Assembly (NCBI GenBank): GCA_016215455.1
Contig: JACRJP010000002.1
Span: 87,622-151,621, forward strand
DNA length: 64,000 nt
From: Candidatus Tayloriibacteriota bacterium
Lineage (GTDB): Bacteria; Patescibacteriota; Minisyncoccia; Phycocordibacterales; PALSA-1337
Direction: 5' to 3'
Part shown: piece after piece, positions 60,242-64,000 of the stretch
Layout: each line of letters begins with the position of its first letter
How positions within the stretch are numbered: the stretch's first letter is position 1
The notes under the pieces: generated by a model
Told to the model about the DNA's origin: nothing
Database searches by the model: none
Seen by the model: the letters and a program-made list of their open reading frames with translations, nothing else
Made by a program: the position numbers and the translations under genes

Positions 60242-61321
60242 TTAGTAACGGGCAACCTTCCAGCTTATTTTTTGACCTGCTCGGAAGGGGACGATCTTCG
60301 TTACGAATTTTGCCCCATTTCGCACGTCGTAGGCGAGGGGTACCGTCCAAGCCCGCTTCACCATAGTGAGCATTCTGGTTCTCCGCTTAATCCCATAGAA
60401 TGCGAGACCAAACTGACTTGAGAATCCTGCAAGACGTTCGAGAGCCTCATGTTTTTCGAACAATTCAACGAGCAAGGGGAGAGCAACGGGTGTTGTCCAA
60501 ACTCCAGCAGCACAACAATCAGCCTCCTTCTTGTCGAAGGGATGAGGCGCTGAGTCTGTTCCCCAGAAGAATTTGGGATCCCCTGAGATTGCGGCTCGCA
60601 CAAGAGCATCCCGGTCTTCGGGGCGCTTGGCATACGGGCGACACGCATGGTGTGGCCTGAGAAATTCACCTGCTCCAACAGGATCACACAACACATTGTT
60701 GAGGGTGAGAAAGAGATGATGCAAGGTGATACTTGCCGCAACCGTTTTCCCAAGATTTCGAACCAAATCAACAGCCGCTTTGGTGGTGATGTGTTCGAGA
60801 ACAATCCGCAGTGTCGGGAAATCCCGATGAAGTTGTCGAAGATATTCAAAGAAGAATTCTTCTCGATCGAGAACGAAGACATCTCCTCCGACTTCGCCGT
60901 GAATACAGAGAATCACCCCTGTGTCTTCCATGGCTTTGAATGTCGGGTATAGCTCGCGGAGCTTGTCCAAGTCGACACCGTCTGCTGAATTGGTCGTGAC
61001 ACCGACGGGATACATCTTCGCCGCAACAACACCCAACTTCTTGGCTTGAATGATGATATCCGGCGTGGTTTCCATTGTGAGCTTGATGAGGGTAAGTGGG
61101 AGAAACGAAGCGTTTGCTCCTCGGGCTGACCTCATGATGTCCGATTGGTAACGGCAAGCATCCTCACCGGTAAGAATGGGAGGGTTTGTGTTGGGCATGA
61201 CGATCGCACCATCAAAATGTCGTGCCGTGAGTCTCGTGACAAGACGCATGAGAGGACCTTGTCTCAGATGCGTATGCATATCGAAAGGACGAGGGATACG
61301 GAACATGGGAACTGATGTCAT
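60242..61321 (-). CDS. pyrC: Dihydroorotase (E. coli-type)
   Basis: DMHTHLR, MPNT, KMYP..TTNS, IHGE, EHITT, GTDSAPH. Confidence 0.93.
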   Translation of the reverse strand: MTSVPMFRIPRPFDMHTHLRQGPLMRLVTRLTARHFDGAIVMPNTNPPILTGEDACRYQSDIMRSARGANASFLPLTLIKLTMETTPDIIIQAKKLGVVAAKMYPVGVTTNSADGVDLDKLRELYPTFKAMEDTGVILCIHGEVGGDVFVLDREEFFFEYLRQLHRDFPTLRIVLEHITTKAAVDLVRNLGKTVAASITLHHLFLTLNNVLCDPVGAGEFLRPHHACRPYAKRPEDRDALVRAAISGDPKFFWGTDSAPHPFDKKEADCCAAGVWTTPVALPLLVELFEKHEALERLAGFSSQFGLAFYGIKRRTRMLTMVKRAWTVPLAYDVRNGAKFVTKIVPFRAGQKISWKVARY

Positions 61322-61413
61322 ATCTCAGTAAGAGTCGTAGTTTATGAATGAACGCTTGATCCATATTACTTACCACAATAAGAAAAGCAAATAAAAATGC
61401 TGCCACAAATTGG

Positions 61414-62415
61414 TCAGCGATATGCGAGCCCCCGCTTATAGCGGATACTCTCATCTATGGTGGTTGCAACCATTGTCGGCGCAAGGAAGGCGATCGATCC
61501 CAACGAAATCGCATCAGCTCCAGCATCCAAGACTTCTTTGGCTGTGCGAGGAGAAGTGATTCCGCCTCCACCGATGATTGGTTTTCTGATTCCAGTGGCG
61601 CGCGCCTCTTTGATCCAACTCGTCACCATTGCGTGAAGAGGGGTTCCTGAGATACCGCCTCTGCCTTTGGGACCGAAGCGGTGTTCAAGAGGCGAGGTTG
61701 TCGTTCCAAAATACGACATCCTCAGTTCATCACTCGCCGCATTCCATGGTAGGGTGTTGAAGACGCATAAGGCTGCACATGCAGGTTCAACTGCAATTGT
61801 TCGTGCGATAGTCACAGGTGTCCCTGGCGAAAGCTTGACGATGTAGGGGACATCGAATTCATCTTTCGCTGCACGGAGCACGGGAACCACTTCGTCGGTG
61901 AACTCAGTGGGGTCGTGTCCTGTGTTGGGACAACTGAAATTAATCTGCACCCCAAATGGAGCCTTGAACTCCGGTTTCTTGTCGCGAAGCATTCGTGTCA
62001 TCGCAACAATTTCAGTAAGGCGTTGCGACGGAGTGTCTGCGACAGACATGATCGAAATCATGAAAGGTTCTGGCCATCTTTGCCAAAATCCTTGCTCGAG
62101 CAGAAATTCCATTCCAGGTCCGGAAAGACCAACTGCATTGATTGCGGCGCCTGTCCGTCGGTTGACGTGGATACATTTCGGCATCCACTCGCAGGGAGTG
62201 ACCCCGTCTGGTTTCAGGGGCATATTTCCTGCCCGAGCGTTCAGGGTAGTGGTCTTGCTCACGAATGTTGAACCATTGAAGTTAAGACCAAAAGGTTTGA
62301 GAAGATGGTGATACCACCAGCCTTTGCCGTGAAAATTACGAACGCCTGATGCGTCGATTACAGGAGAAAAGGGAATTCCCTCGAGATACAGTGTCTCTGA
62401 TCCAAGTGTGTGCAT
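61414..62415 (-). CDS. pyrD: Dihydroorotate dehydrogenase (family 1-like)
   Basis: KTTT..GN, INAVGL, NFSCPN, KLSP, NT, GGISG, GGGGI. Confidence 0.85.
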   Translation of the reverse strand: MHTLGSETLYLEGIPFSPVIDASGVRNFHGKGWWYHHLLKPFGLNFNGSTFVSKTTTLNARAGNMPLKPDGVTPCEWMPKCIHVNRRTGAAINAVGLSGPGMEFLLEQGFWQRWPEPFMISIMSVADTPSQRLTEIVAMTRMLRDKKPEFKAPFGVQINFSCPNTGHDPTEFTDEVVPVLRAAKDEFDVPYIVKLSPGTPVTIARTIAVEPACAALCVFNTLPWNAASDELRMSYFGTTTSPLEHRFGPKGRGGISGTPLHAMVTSWIKEARATGIRKPIIGGGGITSPRTAKEVLDAGADAISLGSIAFLAPTMVATTIDESIRYKRGLAYR

Positions 62416-62509
62416 ATGCGCAGTATGGAGGTGATATGAGCAGTTGAAACTCCCGTAGTTTTAACATACTTTATATATAAAACCAAACCTTAGTTTTTGC
62501 TGTAATTAG

Positions 62510-62582
62510 TGCACCCAGTTGGAATCGAACCAACGACCCTCTGCTTAAAAGGCAGGTGCTCTACCGACTGAGCTATGGGTGC
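62510..62582 (-). tRNA. tRNA-Lys(TTT), CCA not encoded
   Basis: GCACCCA..TGGGTGC-A acceptor stem, anticodon arm CTGC-CTTTTAA-GCAG. Confidence 0.95.
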
Positions 62583-62603
62583 AAGTGCATGCAATATACC
62601 ACA

Positions 62604-62960
62604 CTAGAGCGGCCAATCAAGGGCCAGCATACCTGCTCCTGAGAAGATGAGAGAAAGTGACATTGCAAGAAGGAGTATGTAGTAGTTTACTCCCGCAGTG
62701 AGGAATGAACGAGTTTTCATCTTATGAACGAGTTGCACTACGAGAATGAAAGAAGCAACGATTGCAGCGAGTTGTGTGAGAAGACCAACAATGAACAGGA
62801 TACCAAGAATGAGAGTAATGATTCCAAAAAGTACGAGTTCTTTTTCTTTTGTTTTTATTCGTTTGTAGCCGATATAAAAGAATACGACACCGAGCACTAT
62901 ACGAATAATGATTGGAGCGATTAAGTTGTACGTAAGCAAAGTTGGGAACATATTAAGCAT
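62604..62960 (-). CDS. DoxX-family membrane protein
   Basis: IRIVLG..F, GLLTQLAA, GAGMLALD. Confidence 0.8.
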   Translation of the reverse strand: MLNMFPTLLTYNLIAPIIIRIVLGVVFFYIGYKRIKTKEKELVLFGIITLILGILFIVGLLTQLAAIVASFILVVQLVHKMKTRSFLTAGVNYYILLLAMSLSLIFSGAGMLALDWPL

Positions 62961-62981
62961 ATATGTTAGTATATCACGCGT

Positions 62982-63488
62982 ATGAATAACGTCACGCTAC
63001 TACTCCATGATATTAGAAGTGTCCATAATGTTGGATCTATTTTCCGAACTGCAGAGTGTTTGGGTGTAACAAAGATTGTGGTATCAGGAGTTACTCCGGC
63101 ACCTATTGATCGGTTTGAAAAAAAGCGCGCTGATTTTGCCAAAGTTGCCCTGGGAGCAGAAGATATGGTGCCCTGGGAGATTATTACTGATGCAAAAGAA
63201 TATATCGAAGCCTTTAAACAGGGAAGATTATCAGGAATGACCGAAAAAGGTTTTGTGATTGTTCTTGAACAAGATCAAAAATCTGTAGATTACAAAAAAG
63301 TAGAGGTACCTGTGAATACTCCTGTATTAGTCGTATTGGGTAATGAGGTAAGTGGCGCACCACAAGAGCATCTCAACCTTGCTAATGTCATCGCTGAAAT
63401 ACCTCAAGCAGGTCTCAAAGAATCTCTTAATGTAAGTGTCGCTGCTGCGATTGTTCTTTTTCGATGGTTCGACAATCGAAGTGTATAG
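62982..63488 (+). CDS. SpoU/TrmH-family RNA methyltransferase
   Basis: NVGSIFRT, LGNEVSG, ESLNVSVA. Confidence 0.9.
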   Translation: MNNVTLLLHDIRSVHNVGSIFRTAECLGVTKIVVSGVTPAPIDRFEKKRADFAKVALGAEDMVPWEIITDAKEYIEAFKQGRLSGMTEKGFVIVLEQDQKSVDYKKVEVPVNTPVLVVLGNEVSGAPQEHLNLANVIAEIPQAGLKESLNVSVAAAIVLFRWFDNRSV

Positions 63489-63505
63489 GTCTACAATTGT
63501 AGTAT

Positions 63506-63979
63506 ATGAACATTCGACCCCTCGAGAAAAAAGACACACCAGAAGTTGCTCAACTGATTCATGCTACATGGTATACCCATGCTGACATTGAATCTGGTTT
63601 TCTTCGTAAAGAATACCTTGAGAGTATCGATATTGATTACTATCTGAGACTTTGTTTTGGTTCTGATACAAATTTCATGTTTGTTGCTGAAGAAAATGGC
63701 AAAATTATTGGTTGTTGTCGAGTCGAGATACAGGAGGCTGAGCCAGTACTGGTGAGTGATCGACTTGCATATATTCACGACATTATTGTCGATGAAGATT
63801 TTCAACGACATCATGTAGCAACAGCACTGCTTGAAACAATTGAAACTTTTGTTAAAAAAGATCTAAAGATACATCTCATCAAGTCTCGTGTCTATACATT
63901 CAACACTGCCGCGACTGGTTTGTTTGAGAAACGACACTATAAAGATCTTTATTCAGAATTCTATAAGAAACTTGATTAG
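63506..63979 (+). CDS. GNAT-family N-acetyltransferase
   Basis: MNIRP, VAEENGKIIG, VDEDFQRHHVATALL, N..A..LFEK. Confidence 0.85.
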   Translation: MNIRPLEKKDTPEVAQLIHATWYTHADIESGFLRKEYLESIDIDYYLRLCFGSDTNFMFVAEENGKIIGCCRVEIQEAEPVLVSDRLAYIHDIIVDEDFQRHHVATALLETIETFVKKDLKIHLIKSRVYTFNTAATGLFEKRHYKDLYSEFYKKLD

Positions 63980-64000
63980 GTACGTGTAGTTAGTTTTTGG

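Noticed and set aside
60216-62510. Integrative island at tRNA-Lys
   Set aside because: No duplicated tRNA 3' end and no integrase; only a compositional anomaly.
1-64000. CRISPR arrays, rRNA, tmRNA, RNase P RNA, IS elements, reverse transcriptases
   Set aside because: No repeat-spacer arrays, hallmark RNA motifs, transposase or RT ORFs were seen.

Overview
Origin-proximal 64 kb of an AT-rich bacterial chromosome. Gene content and compact, divergent proteins point to a Patescibacteria/CPR (Parcubacteria-like) genome; this is inferred, not proven. The window holds yidC-rnpA-rpmH / dnaA-dnaN with DnaA-box clusters (oriC), a parS cluster near 16.9-18.4 kb, a type IV pilus operon plus a second pilB, and a ~12.5 kb VirB4/PrgI/VirB6-like secretion cluster. 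It also has housekeeping genes (nusA, ppa, tig, clpP, rny, HU, cca, exoA, xer, rpsO, pnp, pcrA, rsmA, PBP1A, tyrS, ruvB/C, tsaE, polA, holA), five tRNAs and a few solitary GC-rich genes (IMPase, a lipoprotein, pyrC-pyrD). The most striking unexplained signals are three stand-alone, ~260-330 nt, densely base-paired intergenic transcription units at 19.0-19.3 kb, 53.3-53.6 kb and 56.6-56.95 kb. Each has its own sigma70 promoter, faces a convergent gene and lacks the hallmarks of RNase P, tmRNA or SRP RNA; one may be 6S RNA. Other notable patterns are pervasive leaderless gene starts, parS sites embedded in the cca coding sequence, and structured leaders on nusA and rny. All RNA folds were done by eye.
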